A stretch of DNA of 41,530 bases from Selaginella moellendorffii (taxonomy: Eukaryota; Plantae; Lycopodiophyta): positions 496,499 through 538,028 of the forward strand of contig NW_003314375.1 of assembly GCF_000143415.4 (NCBI RefSeq), in the 5' to 3' direction. The notes under the pieces were generated by a model. That model made no database searches and was not told where the DNA came from. It worked only from the letters and a program-made list of their open reading frames with translations. Below, piece after piece: positions 23,140-35,900 of the stretch. Numbering within the stretch: the first letter of the stretch is position 1; each line of letters starts with the position of its first letter. The translations under genes were made by a program, and so were the position numbers.

Positions 23140-24560
23140 AGTACTGGCTATAGAAAATGATATATTTCATAACTTAAAATAGAAAAGCTGGATAGCTCCA
23201 GCTATTTTAATTTGTATATTAGTTTTATTTTTCAAATAAACTTATGATACTTATTACACATTTATCAATGAATCTAATCACATTGAGTTTCGGTTAGCTC
23301 AGATGTAGTCTAAGATTTGTGCGATATGATAAAGTTCTAATAATTTTTTTAAGACTAATAATTTGTGCATTGATACATGAAAAGCATATAAATAAATATC
23401 GTGATGTAAAACTTAAAATATGATTGAGACAACATTAGGCACAATACAAAAACCTACCATCTAAAAAAATGTGATTCATCATCACTTCAAATTTTATTAA
23501 ATCAATCTATGGACCATTCTTAAATTTTCTGATACTTTATAGTTTTAGAAATACAAATATTATATATCATAAATATCCTAATACCAGAGTAAAACCTTAC
23601 CTTTAATTGAAAGATTTTAACCTTAACAACATTGTCATAATGCTGTAAATTTAATTAAAATAAGTATAACATAGAGATAATAATCTTAATGCATTCTCCC
23701 TATATAAAAACATATACAGAAAGACATTTAATGATATAAAATATAATAATTTAACTTTTAAAGAGTACTTTTAAAAATTATAAATATAAATATTATGAAG
23801 GGAGAGGATTTCAAATACATATATACAAAAGATTATAAAATTATAGATTAAAAAATACTATGTAATTAAAGAGAATTTATTTATAAAAAATCAATAAAAT
23901 AATAAATATTTTGAAAAAACATAAATAATATTTTATTGTAGAATAGAAAGAAAATAGTGTATATATAAAAATGGTATATTATAACTTAAAATACTGGGCT
24001 CAATAGTTCTAACTATTTCTTGTGTAATGTGTAATTTTTTTTATTAGTAATCTTATGGTACTTATTAATACATAAATGAAATTAAACACATTGAGATGTC
24101 ATGGATAAGATTTATTCTAAGATTTCTGCAAAATCATAAATTTTCTTACACTTTTTTAACATTGCATTTATACACGACAAACTTAATAAGATATAAATAT
24201 GATCAAGAAAATATTAGTACATGGACCATATAAAGAATTTTGATTCATTATCAATTGAAATTTTGATTATATTAAACCTATTTATATACCGTTTGTGAAT
24301 TTCCTGATATATTATATATCTAGCATGAAGAAAAATATTTTATATCATCAAACCCTACTCCACCTCAATAAAGTGTAAAATCCTTACCATTCATTTATAT
24401 TTATAAAATTTCAGCTTGTATGACATTGTTATAAAGCCTTAATTTTAAATATAAATACATGAATATAGAGAGATAATAATCCTTGAGATTATTATTCTCT
24501 CTCTATAAAAATATATACAAAAATAATGTTTACCATATATAATAAAATACATGTAATTTT
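23140..24560. repeat. Diverged ~0.8-kb-period AT-rich tandem duplication
   Basis: Shared anchors ATAACTTAAAATA, CTTATG(A/G)TACTTATTA, CACATTGAG and GAGATAATAATC recur about 800-820 bp apart. Confidence 0.65.
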
Positions 24561-25383
24561 CAAAATTATTCTCAAAATGCATGAATGTAAATACAAGTCA
24601 TAAAGGAATATGGAAGATAAATATGGAAGATATTAAAAGTTCTTGAAATAAAATATAACACATAAAGTTAACATCTTTCACTTAGTATCATACAATTCCA
24701 AAACTTTCAGTCTGAAAACTAAACTCCGTAACAATTTTTATATTTTTGTAATTTATAAGATATATGTATTTTAAGTGAGTTTTAAATTATCAACTAATAA
24801 TATTTTTTTAATCAATTATATAGATTTCAAAAAAAAAAAAGTCTCCAAACCGCAATCTTTAAATAACTCATCTGGCCATGGGGTCCCATAGTGAGCAATT
24901 GCACTTATAGAAGATCCAAGACTTCACTCAACAATCAAAATTTTAAATGTGATATAATATTATGTGTTATATTTATTATGTTATGATGTGTGTTTGTGAT
25001 AGAATCAATTATAGAAGAGATTTTTAATATAAAGATTATATTATGTTTAGCTATGTATGTTATCAATATGAATATGTTAAAAATTACAATTATGATTACA
25101 ACTCATTGAAATTACTGAATCATCAGAAATAAACACAATGCTCCCAGCGTAGCTGGGACTTTTGCTAGTACCCCCTTATTTAAACGTGCTATTGGCATCT
25201 GGCATCTTTTATTCCATTTTTAGAATATTATTTCTGAATATACTTATAATCTAACAGCTCAAATTCAAAAACTTCAAATAGATGGCATAGATCAAGTGCC
25301 AAAGGGGTGGCAATGCTTCAACTTTGAATTGAATGACCCTCCAAATCAAGTGAATCTTTTAGGACTTGGGCAGATTGTAAGCT

Positions 25384-25483
<100 letters not shown>

Positions 25484-25629
25484 GTGGTGAACACAGCAGC
25501 GGGAGTGTGCATACCCTTTGCAGAAGGCTGGATTGTTGACTGTTCATCGCCATTCGCAACAGATGCACAGGTCAATGGCGGACAGTCTGAAGAACACGAT
25601 CTCCAGCTCCGTGACGACTTCCCCACTGG

Positions 25630-26905
25630 CTGATGCTCCCGGATTTCTCACCCTGTCACACCAAGGGCTTGCGACAAGATTCCCAGCATGCATATGGCTG
25701 ATCTCTCATTTCTCTTGATCTCTAATGCTAACTTGGTTTTTGTTGTGCAGGAGCGAGTAACAGAGGGCTGTTGGGAGTTCAAGATTTTTTTTCTTTTGCT
25801 CGTGTCCAGACAACCAATGACTTTTGGGCTAAACACTCTAAAGTCGTTTATCTAAACTCTCAGGATGCTATTAGAAAGGTTCATAAGCCTATGNNNNNNN
25901 NNNNNNNNNNNNNNNNNNNNNNNNNNNNNNNNNNNNNNNNNNNNNNNNNNNNNNNNNNNNNNNNNNNNNNNNNNNNNNNNNNNNNNNNNNNNNNNNNNNN
26001 NNNNNNNCAGGAAGGCAAGTTTTTTCATAGTCGTTTCTTATTTATGGGATTAAAAAGCTTTTTTGTGATGCAAATGTACAATCCCTCCTGTTCGCCATGT
26101 TGTGTGTGTCATACAGTCTTGTCAAAGGAAAAATGTTTATACCCACTCAGTGGTCATGTCATTGTTTGATATGACTTTGGAAGATCAAGAGACTGAATTT
26201 TATGGTACGTTTTCTCTTTCTTGTGTTGTTCTTGTTGACGATTTCTTTAGGCCAGAGATATGCGGCGAGGTTTGGAGGTGACAGTGTTGTCAAGATATGA
26301 TCCAGCTGCAGACCTGGTTCAGATGTATGCATATTCTCAGTGCTTCTTTACATGTGCATATTTTACTGCCTCTTATTATGTACAACAAGGAGTACGTGCT
26401 TGGGCAGCTCATATATGATCAAGCAACGAAGAGACTGCCTGGTGCTCCTGGATCTCTCATCCTGTCACGCCAAGGGCTTGCAATAAGATTCCCAGCATGC
26501 ATATGGATCTAGGTTTTAAGATGATCTCTCATTTCTCTTGATCTTTGTGGCTAACTTGATTCTTGTTGTGCAGGAGCGAGTAACAGAGGGCTGTTTGGGA
26601 GTTCAAGATTTATTTTTCTTTTGCTCGTGTCCAGACAACCAACAACCTTCGGGCTAAACACTCTAAAGTCGTTTATCTAAACTCTTGGGATGCTATTAGA
26701 AAGATTCATGAGCGCATGTTTAGTCTGATGACTTCTCCAGTTTTCTTGCTTGTTTTAAATGCAGATTCAAACTAGTGGCGAGAAACTGACTCCACCATTT
26801 TTGGCCTGTCAAATCTCTTGGTTGTGGTAACACAGGAAGGTGAGTTTTTTCATAGTCGTTTCTTATATATGGGATTAAAAAGCCTTTTTGTGATGCAAGT
26901 GTACA
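25630..26905. repeat. ~450-bp direct duplication (25630-26080 vs 26439-26905)
   Basis: Shared CCAAGGGCTTGC...GAGCGAGTAACAGAGGGCTG...CATAGTCGTTTCTTA; the first copy contains a gap. Confidence 0.85.
25894..26007. other. Assembly gap (N run)
   Basis: N run. Confidence 1.
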
Positions 26906-27057
26906 TTTAGTAGAGTTGAAAGGTTCCTGCCAGTATTTTGCCATGAAGAGCATGGATAAGAGCGTCATAATCAGCAGAAACAATGTGATATTTCTGACTT
27001 AAAACTTGCACTGATCTTTTGAACAGGTTAATTGCGCATGTGCTGAAAGAGAGATTT

Positions 27058-27466
27058 GGGGATTGATCTTGCTTTCTAAATTGACTTTTTCCTTGCAGAT
27101 TGTGACTCATGTTTGCTTAGCAATAAACTTTTATCCTAAACCCTAAACCCTAAACCTAAACCCTAAATCCTAAACAAATGGAGAAACAACCACTAAAATT
27201 CGTTGATCAAGCTCTCCAAACCAGTGTACAGGTAGCATTTTTCTCTTTTTTTTGTTTTGTACTTGTAAGATCCAGGGGATTGATCTTGCTTTCTAAATTG
27301 ACCTTTTCCTTGCAGATTGCGACTCATGTTTGCTTAGCAATAAACTTTTATCCTGCAGGGGAACTCTTCAAATGGAGAAACAACCACTAAAATACGTTGA
27401 TCAAGCTCTCCAAACCAGTGTACAGGTAGCATTTTTCTTTGTTTTGTTTTGTACTTGTAAGATCCA
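27058..27466. repeat. ~200-bp tandem duplication of an intron/exon fragment
   Basis: GGGATTGATCTTGCTTTCTAAATTGAC...GTACTTGTAAGATCCAG occurs twice. Confidence 0.9.
27135..27174. repeat. Interstitial plant telomeric repeat (CCCTAAA)n, ~6 imperfect units
   Basis: CCTAAA CCCTAAA CCCTAAA CCTAAA CCCTAAA TCCTAAA. Confidence 0.9.
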
Positions 27467-28144
27467 GTTTTAACTGAGTTTTTTCTCTTTTCCCTCCAAT
27501 TGCAGCGGATTGCCATGAGCATCAAGGGCAGAGCCTAGGATCTGCGTTGGCTGGCTCTGGGATCACATTGCCTCTGGGCACATTTAGTTTATGGGACTAT
27601 GATGGCAACTGTATGTTAGAATCAAACAAATTGCAAAGTTCACATTTCTGATGTCGTGGTTGAAGGGGATGTTATTTCCTCTAATCACTTATCACAATAT
27701 TAGATAAGATTATTACAATGTCACAATATTACCTTAAAAAGCTGTGGTAAACCTCTTTACTGTCTAAGGCTTTTTGAGAGTGTAACTAATAGACACGTAG
27801 GTTAAGAAAAACTGTTTCGAATCATAGAAAAAAGGACTACACAATTAGGTTGCCTTATGCATTTGTCAAGAGGTAATTTTGTTTCTGTGTTCTCTGAGAG
27901 ATAATTAGAAAGTCCTAAGGGCAACATTCAGTGTGCTTCTATTTTCTTGTGGTCTGGCTATTTGTCTATTTACTTATTTTCACCATCTAGAGCCTACACA
28001 CGCTGTCTAAGCTTCTATTTCTAAAAAAGATTGTAAAATCTCCTATAGATCAATGGGTGGCAAAAGAAAGAGGAAAACATGTGATCTAATTTTACATGAA
28101 GGCTGTATAATAAAAAGAAGTTCAGCAAGCTTGAATTCATCTCT

Positions 28145-28520
28145 ATGGCGACCTTTGTGACAATGCTAGATGCTTGCTGGAGACTGGATCAGACGAGAGT
28201 GATCCACGAAGCTGTGAGAGATAGTGGCGTGGAGATCGACAAGGTCTTGGGGAGAGCTCTTATGAACGCGTACAGGGCCTGTGGAAGCCTGGACGAAGTG
28301 AGACAAGCTTTTGATCAAGTCTCTTTCTCTTCCGGTGGCTACAGTGCTCTTCTTTGGAATGGGCTGCTGTCCTCTTTCTCTTGCTGTGACGATGATCGCT
28401 CGGCTGCCAGAGTATTCATTCATATGCAACTCCAGGGAGTGAAATCGGACAAGCTGACACTCATCTCGGCGTTGGATTCTTGTGTAACTCTCTCGAATCT
28501 CAAGATCTTACAGAACACAT
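28145..28520 (+). pseudogene. PLS-class pentatricopeptide repeat protein fragment
   Basis: TFVTMLDAC...IHEAVRDSGVEIDKVLGRALMNAYRACGSLDEVRQAFD...WNGLLSSF...MQLQGVKSDKLTLISALDSC; only ~3 repeats, truncated. Confidence 0.88.
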
Positions 28521-28899
28521 CGTTTAGTAAATTCTCTGGATCACTTAGGGGTCATCTTATTTATTTCCTTCTTCCCTTCTCATGACAGATCACCACTAAA
28601 CAACTTGTAAGGATCCAAGATCTATTCTGAGGATGACAGGAAGTGTATGAATTGGTGTAAAAAAAATTGAAATACGTGTGTTCTAGGAATTAACACGATG
28701 GTAAGCCCTATTGTTTCAGTTATTTTTTTGTAAAAGGAATACGGGGAATTTAATGACATGGGGAAACCCATGACACCGTGAACACGGAATCCCACCCGTT
28801 TCCAATCACAGCCATATTACGATTCATCTTGTAAGAGAGCTGAAAGGACCACAACTGCAGCGAGCCTCCAGCTCCCAGGCTGCTGACAGCAACAACAGC

Positions 28900-29502
28900 A
28901 GCAAGTCCATCGAGCAATGCCTAGATGAGAACTGTGAGTCTGGCACCAATGAGTAGAAGCGATGCGTTTGGACACCCCTCCACAACTTGGTGTGTGTAGC
29001 TCACATTGTGGGAGATGTAGTCAAGGTCTGGTTGGAATAGGTGGAGAGGCAAGAGCTCAGACTTGTAAGTGACGTCCTTGGTAGCTCTCCAAACAGGATC
29101 TGATTGACACATGTGTTTGCCTGGGTGGAGGTGCCCCGGAACACAACCATAAGGTGTTTGTTAGCGGAGGTGGTGTCTTCCTTGTACACTGGGCCCCAAG
29201 CTTTGGAGTCTGAGGAGGGCTCAAGTGTTGGAAGTTTGGGGATGGCTTCCAGCTGGGGATGGAGGCAGGCATCCATAGGTTTTGGTGGAGATTGTGGTGA
29301 GTGGGGAGATGAAGAGTGCCAGACACTTAAGATCATGCTGTGAGAGCTTGGAGACTTCGTCCCACACTTCCAGAGCTTCTTCGCTTGGTGGGTTTTGTTT
29401 GGCTGAACGGTGGTGGTGATGGCGGGCTAGAAAAACAATGGCAGGCACAACCAAAAGCAAGAGCAGGAGAGTGCAAGCCATGCATTTGTGATTTTTCTTC
29501 AT
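28900..29502 (-). pseudogene. Unidentified frameshifted gene fragment with N-terminal membrane anchor
   Basis: MKKNHKCMACTLLLLLLVVPAIVFLARHHHH followed by overlapping short ORFs in shifted frames; family not recognised. Confidence 0.35.
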
Positions 29503-30440
29503 GGTTTGGAAGGAATCTTACCTCTGTTCTCCCTGCGGGTTTGAAAATTAAAGAGTCACCAGGTCTCATGTATCTGTGTTGCCTTCGTCAAAGATTTACA
29601 AAAGTCCAACTCTTTTTCACTTTATATGGTTTGGCTCTTTCTTGCATTATAAAAGTCTGGATTTCTTAACTCCCAAATTTTCAAGTTTGCACAACAGGAA
29701 ACTAAAATTCACAGATCTCACTTATCAGCATTGCTTTGGTCAAAAAGTTATATTTTATGGCCTAACACTATTATGTCTTAGATTTTGCATTTCTTTCTCT
29801 CTTTTAGCAGTTTCTTAACATCAAATGCTTTGTGATCAAAAGAGAGCATGCAAGAAGTTCCTCTGCAAGAATGACTTTGATGTGTTCCAAAGGCAATGAC
29901 TCTGAACTCAATATCCATGTTGAGTAGAATAAAGCTGCTTGGGTCCTCAGTAAACTTCCACCACCTCTCTTCAATTTCTTTTTGCCACTTTACAGTAAGT
30001 CACTGAAAAAATCTAAGATTCTGTAGAACTTCACTGGTTAAAACTTGGACAGGAAATCTAGAATAAAAAGCAAGCCTTTGAACACTTCTGTTTTTATCCT
30101 GGTCCTTTGATTTAAAACCAGGTGGGTTATGCTAGAACACCCTCCCTTGATATCAAGATTTCAAGTAGATGTTGTAACTTTTAATTATGGATATCATATG
30201 TTCCATCTCTAGGATGATGAATTTAGAAAGGCATTTGCTTTCATTTCAAGCACAAAACTTGTAACATAAAAGAAGCCAGTTTTGATTAATTACAAAGCCT
30301 TTCTTTCTAGAGCTTACAGCTATAACTTTCAACTGAATTAATATTAAAATGCTTACTCTTGACGCTAAAATGCTTAAAAATTCAATGTGTCCAAAATATT
30401 TTGTACTTCTCCCAGCGGAGCTGGGATCCCAGCTAGTTTA

Positions 30441-30703
30441 ATACAAAATTATAGTAGTGTAGCATCAAACATCAAAGAGATTCCAGTAGGTGGCCCTAAT
30501 TATTTTAAGATATATGGACAAATTTAACATAATATTGGAAGTTTCAAACCAAATAATGAAAAATAGTCACATTTATATGTTTGGATACTGCTCAAGCAAC
30601 AGAAATAAGAATAAAAAACAAACACAACTCTAAGTGCAATGAGCAACTAATGCGTGATCTTGATAAATTATTAAAAGAGATAAATCCCTATGCTAATGCA
30701 TTC
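30441..30703 (+). pseudogene. Second Helitron RepHel N-terminal relic
   Basis: IKEIPVGGPNYFKIYGQI*HNIGSF...LDTAQATEIR...LMRDLDKLLKEINPYANAF; homologous to 21620-21785. Confidence 0.85.
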
Positions 30704-30970
30704 ATAAACAAACCTACAACCTTCTTGAATGTCAAAGGGTCAGGACTGGTAATGACCACAAAGATAGTTCAGTCAATTGACCATTTTAACCTCGTACATT
30801 TTGATATGGTATGTTCGATTCTTGATGGAACACAATGATTGACTACTTTTGTAAACAAATATTTTTGTACTCGCATGTTATTAGTTTTTATTCTTTCCAT
30901 GGTTGATCCACAAGGGACCTTTTTCTCCTGTAGACCACATGTCAGAAACAGGATTCAACAAATCTTATTC

Positions 30971-32788
30971 TCACCTGCGCCTAACGTTAATGGGCAGGCC
31001 AGCTTTTGGTATATGTATGGGTGCAAAATCTGATCCATCAGGAGCTCCACAATGTTCACACCTGGAAACAGGTTCAAAACCAGAAGCCCTTCACCCGTCA
31101 TACCTATATCTCAGGGTAAAGTGATGCACGAACACGAGAAGCTCAAGATTTGCGAGTTCTCGTCCCATGCAGACGTGTGCACCGTTTCCAAATGGCGTAA
31201 ATGTGTACGGTTTTGGTGCCACCTAACAATTTGTGTTGAGCACTAACATTTTGAGCATCTCATACTCGTTACCTTGAACCTAGAAGTATCAAACTCTTCT
31301 GGGTTTGGATGGTATTCTGGGCTGAGGTGAAACACCCAGTGTGCAACTAGAAGCCGCCAGCCCTTGGGAAATATGAAACCTGGGAAAGACAAACAAAATC
31401 TGGTAAATGTGATGTTTGTGGATGGATAGTATTCTGTTAGACCTCCATATTCAACATCTTCAACGATTTCTCTGTAGGAGAAATCAGTCAAATTTGCGAC
31501 TCGCAGAGTCTCTTTCACGACCTGATGATAAAGGTAAGTCCAAAGTTGTCCACGTCATGCACTTACTCGAATTGACAAAGGCATCTGGTCAGTAATATCA
31601 GACCACGTGAGGGTCTCTTTGGGAAATGACTTCTTTTGCTGAATAATTTCATGCTCAGCCTGCCAAGCAAATATGTGATGGCTTTTAATGGCTGGCATAT
31701 CTTCTTACAGTAACATCCTCCAAAAGCTTTGGGTGGTCCATTAAATTTTTCAGCATCCAGGTCAATGCTGCAGCAACAGTATCATGCCCAGCAAAAAGTA
31801 AAGTTAAAATGTTGTCATGAATATCTTTGGAACTGAGCTTTGTGCCATCTTCATCCTCAACATCCATCAGTATCCCAAGAATGTCACTCGGGGGCCGCCT
31901 TTCCAGCCTTCGCCAGCTTATAATCTTATCTATAAGTGCACAGGCCTTTTTCCTGCTGTCCTGAATACAAACCTGAGGCTGTTCAGTGCGTCTTTCGTTT
32001 TCAGTACCTTTAGAGCCTTGTGGTAATTTGTTCCGGGTATGTTGATTGGCAACGAGCTCACACCGCGAACCAGATGTTCACACGCTTTCGACAATTCCTC
32101 CTTCTCATGCTGTGGGGCAGCTCCTATTATAAACTCCATCGCGACTTTAAATGCGTACTGTAATATGAGACACTTGTGACAGTAAGTTGGCATCTCAACA
32201 TACTAGTCAGGTAAAAACTGACTTGCTTTGCCTCGTCTAAAGCGTTTATAGATCTTCCTTCCCATGTCCGCATCACCATTAGCGCCAGCTCTTCAATAAG
32301 AGGAATAGAAGAAGGAAGGGTCTCTGGGAGAAGTGGGCGATGCATAAGCTTCCTTAATCTATGATGCAGTTTATGATTTTGGTAGCCAAAGAAAGACTCT
32401 CCAAGAAGTTTTTCAACTATTGGCAATCCACGTTGGCGGAAACAAGCTGCCTGGTCAACAAGAACGAATTTTGCAGCTTCCGGAGTCGTTATAACAATCG
32501 AAGGATGTCCAAACAAGTGAGTTTTGAAAACCCTCCCATATCTGCATGTAGCAATATGAAAACCAGTTTTTTCGTTTAGAGTTCAAACCTCTGCATCCTG
32601 TAAACATAAAAATCGTGTTGGTGGACTTTGAGGCTGATATTTTCTCCGACGAAAGGTACCCCAAGTGATCCTGGAGGAACTTTTAGTCCCTTGAAGGGTA
32701 ATCTTAGGCGATAGAGCAGAGGTAATACAATAGCAGTGGCTACAACCAGAGATACAACAGCCCACACCACCTCTGACTCTCTATCCAT
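30971..32788 (-). CDS. Cytochrome P450, CYP85 clan (CYP707/ABA 8'-hydroxylase-like), multi-exon
   Basis: Membrane anchor + PPGSLGVPFVGE; YGRVFKTHLFGHP; I-helix LLFAGHDT; ETLR; heme motif PFGNGAHVCMG; last exon ...GLPINVRRR* (TGA at 30973-30971); short GT-AG introns. Confidence 0.92.
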
Positions 32789-32918
32789 TTGTTCTTCTAT
32801 TTTTTGGCTTCCTAGAACTCTGTCAGTCGTCAGAAGGGCAGGAATTATGTTCAGAAAGACGCGCCTCATGGGTTAGGTTTTGTTAATTCATTAGCCTGAC
32901 ATTAATGATTATAAGTAA

Positions 32919-35900
32919 CTAACAAGTCGACCAGTCCGATTCATAGTCCAAAGGATCTTTTGAAACGTCAGAGACAGACTTGAGCAAAGTCTTTGATCCA
33001 ACTACTGCGTCCTTCTCCATCTCTTTGCACACACAGTCAAACATATTGAGGAACTTCTTCATTGTTGAGAACAGGTGTGCTTGCTTTTCAGCCAGCGGAT
33101 CCTCGCCAAAATATACTGCTAGATCGCTGTAGCTACTCATTGCTCTTATTTCCAGCTCTTTAAGCTCACTAATCCCTACTTTTGCTTCTTGGAAGAAAGG
33201 TACCACTATATCGCTCCTGGAAACATTTGTCTCTTCATCAACTGTTCGTAGACCGGATTCCAATTCCCTAAGGTTTTCCTGCATTCTTTCCAGACTTAAG
33301 TTTGCTGCCAGCTTAACGTCCCTTAGCTCATCCGAAAGTCCCTTTACCTGCTACCATATGCGAATCTTGATTCTGTACAAAGAGGCTGTGTTACGTACCT
33401 GCATATCTTTTTTATAAAGCTGCGATACCACGAAGTGTAGTAACGTAGTCTTCTTATTGGAGCCTTTAACATCCATGAGTTTTAACAAGGTATCCAGTTT
33501 AAAACCCTTAGCTGCCCCACGATACGAGTTTCCATTTAAATGGTTCCCCACAGCTAGAACCATCTCAAGGATCTTCACAATGGTCTTGCTTTCTTTAAGC
33601 TGAACACATGCTCGTATAAGCAATTCAAAGTCTTGTTTCACCTGTGAGGTAAAATAGGTGAGAATTATTCTCAGACGAAAGAGCCCACCTGAATAATACT
33701 GCTATATTGATGCTTAAATATGCAGACTCGAATCCGCCTTTCAACTCTTGGAATTTTAATTATGTCCATATAGTACCTGGAGGACCAAGCTGCTGAATTA
33801 GAAATGAGAAATAGAGGACTACCTCTCTACATCCGCAAGGAGGGATACTTCCCCTGTGAAGTCTTCGAGGAGTGAAATATCTCCTTTAGTGGGTAGAGTC
33901 CGGTGAATGACAACCAAAGCTTCAGTAGTCAGAAGCTGTTCATCCATTGCATTCAGAGCCCGGGCAAGGTCTACAAAAGGCTTTCGCAGGCTGGACAGCT
34001 GAATGCTGATGTTGTGAGCTCGTTTAAAATCAATCAAATGAATTTTCAACGGCTTTGATACCCTGGGTGAAGCCTGCGAAAGACAAAAAGAAAGGATACA
34101 TAAAGAGAAGCATAGATGTCTCACATTCTGACTCGCAGTTGACTGGGGGGCATTTAGAGAAAATAACGATTCAAGCTGTTGCACGTCCACGCTAACACCA
34201 TCCGTTTCCGTTCTTGCCCACACGGTCTCTATTGTTCCTTTTGGTGTTACCTTATCCCAGATGAGCTGCTTGAGCTTCGGCTTTCTCTCCACATCAGGAA
34301 CACTCTCGACAACTCGGGTTCGTGGCGGCAAGGGCAGAGCTGGTGGCGAAGCTCCGGGTGGTAGGGGGAAAGGTGGAGGCAACGGTGGTGGTGGGGGTGG
34401 TGGAGGCGGTGGAGGCGGGGGTGGCCTTGGTCTGGAAGGTGGGGGTGCCGGAGGAACTTGCTCGCAAGTTGGGTCAGACGAAGGCGATAGAGTATTATAA
34501 ATCTTAGTGCTTGGAAAGAGCGTAGCCGGCTCATCCGGGCGAGCTAGCGTGCTCTGCTGGGCGGCTGTCTGCCGGTGTTGCTTGGTGCCTGAGCACCACA
34601 GAGACGAATTGTAGAAGTCATCTGAAGTTTGACAAAATCTCCTGTAGAAGAACACATTAATACGTTCCCAGCCATGCAGCACGAGTTATTCAGTTACCTT
34701 GTCATGCGTTTGCGTCTGGCACGCGGCAAGGGCGCAAACTTTTTTCTGGAGAGAATTCTCAGAAGCTCGTGTTTGCCATTTCTTATGCTCAAAAGTTTGT
34801 TTTCTGTTGTAGGACGAACTCTCAGCTCACATATGGCAGCGGAATGCGTTGTATTGCAGTCTGGCAAGTGCTGCCTAAGGGAAGAGAGTAGCCCGTCCTT
34901 CCGGTTGCAGCTGAAGCTCGGGACCTGATTGCCAAACAGGCCCGGCAGTTGTATATTCCGGTTAAATGACCCATACACATCGAAAGGCCTGTGCATGCAA
35001 GTGTCGTAAGAGCACAAGAAGCACAGGACAGGAGTACCTTCCTCCAGGACTGGAATAGAGCTTGGAGTGGACCTGCACTGGTTTTTTATCTTTCATCTTG
35101 TTGCAAGGCATCTGGAACTTTCAACAAGGCACTGCATTTTTGTAAAGTATCTACCTGAAGTCTAAGCAGCTTGTGACTCATGGCTTGACTGGTGGAGAAC
35201 AAATGTTGTTGCTCCCTCAGCAGTACGACTGCAAACATTGTCACGGCACGGAGCCTGTCATGACACCAGTAGTGAGAGACAATTTCTGATGCTCGTGTGT
35301 AGAATGCCACCTGCTAGCATCGGTTCCATTCATCTCTGATTGGATAAGGAAAGGGCCAACTAAAATTGCCAGCTTCAGAAGCGATATCCTTTCCATGTTG
35401 TGCTCGTGTATCTTCAACAGGACACGCAACAAGCATTTTACGAGTTGGAAGCTAGTGTAGGGAAGCCGGGCCAGAAGAATACGGAGAACATACAGACGGC
35501 AATTAACGGCAAAAACTCCTGGTATGAGCGAGCAATGATTAGATGCTTGAAAATGTTCCGACTTACTCGTGGCTGCCAAGAAGAGAGGCTGCAGCTCCCT
35601 AGGAATTAGAACGCCCTTGAGTTCTTTGAGAAAGAAGAGCATGGCAGCTGCAACGCCCATTGAATCCGATTGCCTGAGCTCTTGTTGCCCATGGCCTGTT
35701 TGGTGACACGAGCGAGTTCAGGTGGGGACGGAAGCAGACACACACACACACACACACACACCTTGAATCAGAAGGGATCTGAGGCGGAGAACTTCATGAA
35801 CCGGAACAGGCCCGCAAAACAGCTTGTCCAGCTTATCTGCGTGGATTTGGAGTGTGGCTACAACAAGATGATGGATTGTTTTCTACCAGACGAGAGAAGA

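Larger units (their letters stand above)
17759..25168 (+). mobile_element. Composite Helitron(s) B
   Basis: Starts TATACTCATATATTTAAA right after the CTAG of the previous element. Internal 3'-type hairpin TTCCAGTGGAGCTGGAA (22997-23013) followed by a new TACTCATATATATTAA 5'-like end. Final CCCAGCGTAGCTGGG-ACTTTTGCTAG|T at 25143-25168. Confidence 0.55.

Noticed and set aside
28725-28805. Short imperfect inverted repeats, possible MITE fragment
   Set aside because: No clear TIR pair or TSD.
34261-34500. Gly-rich plus-strand ORF
   Set aside because: Antisense of the formin poly-proline FH1 region.
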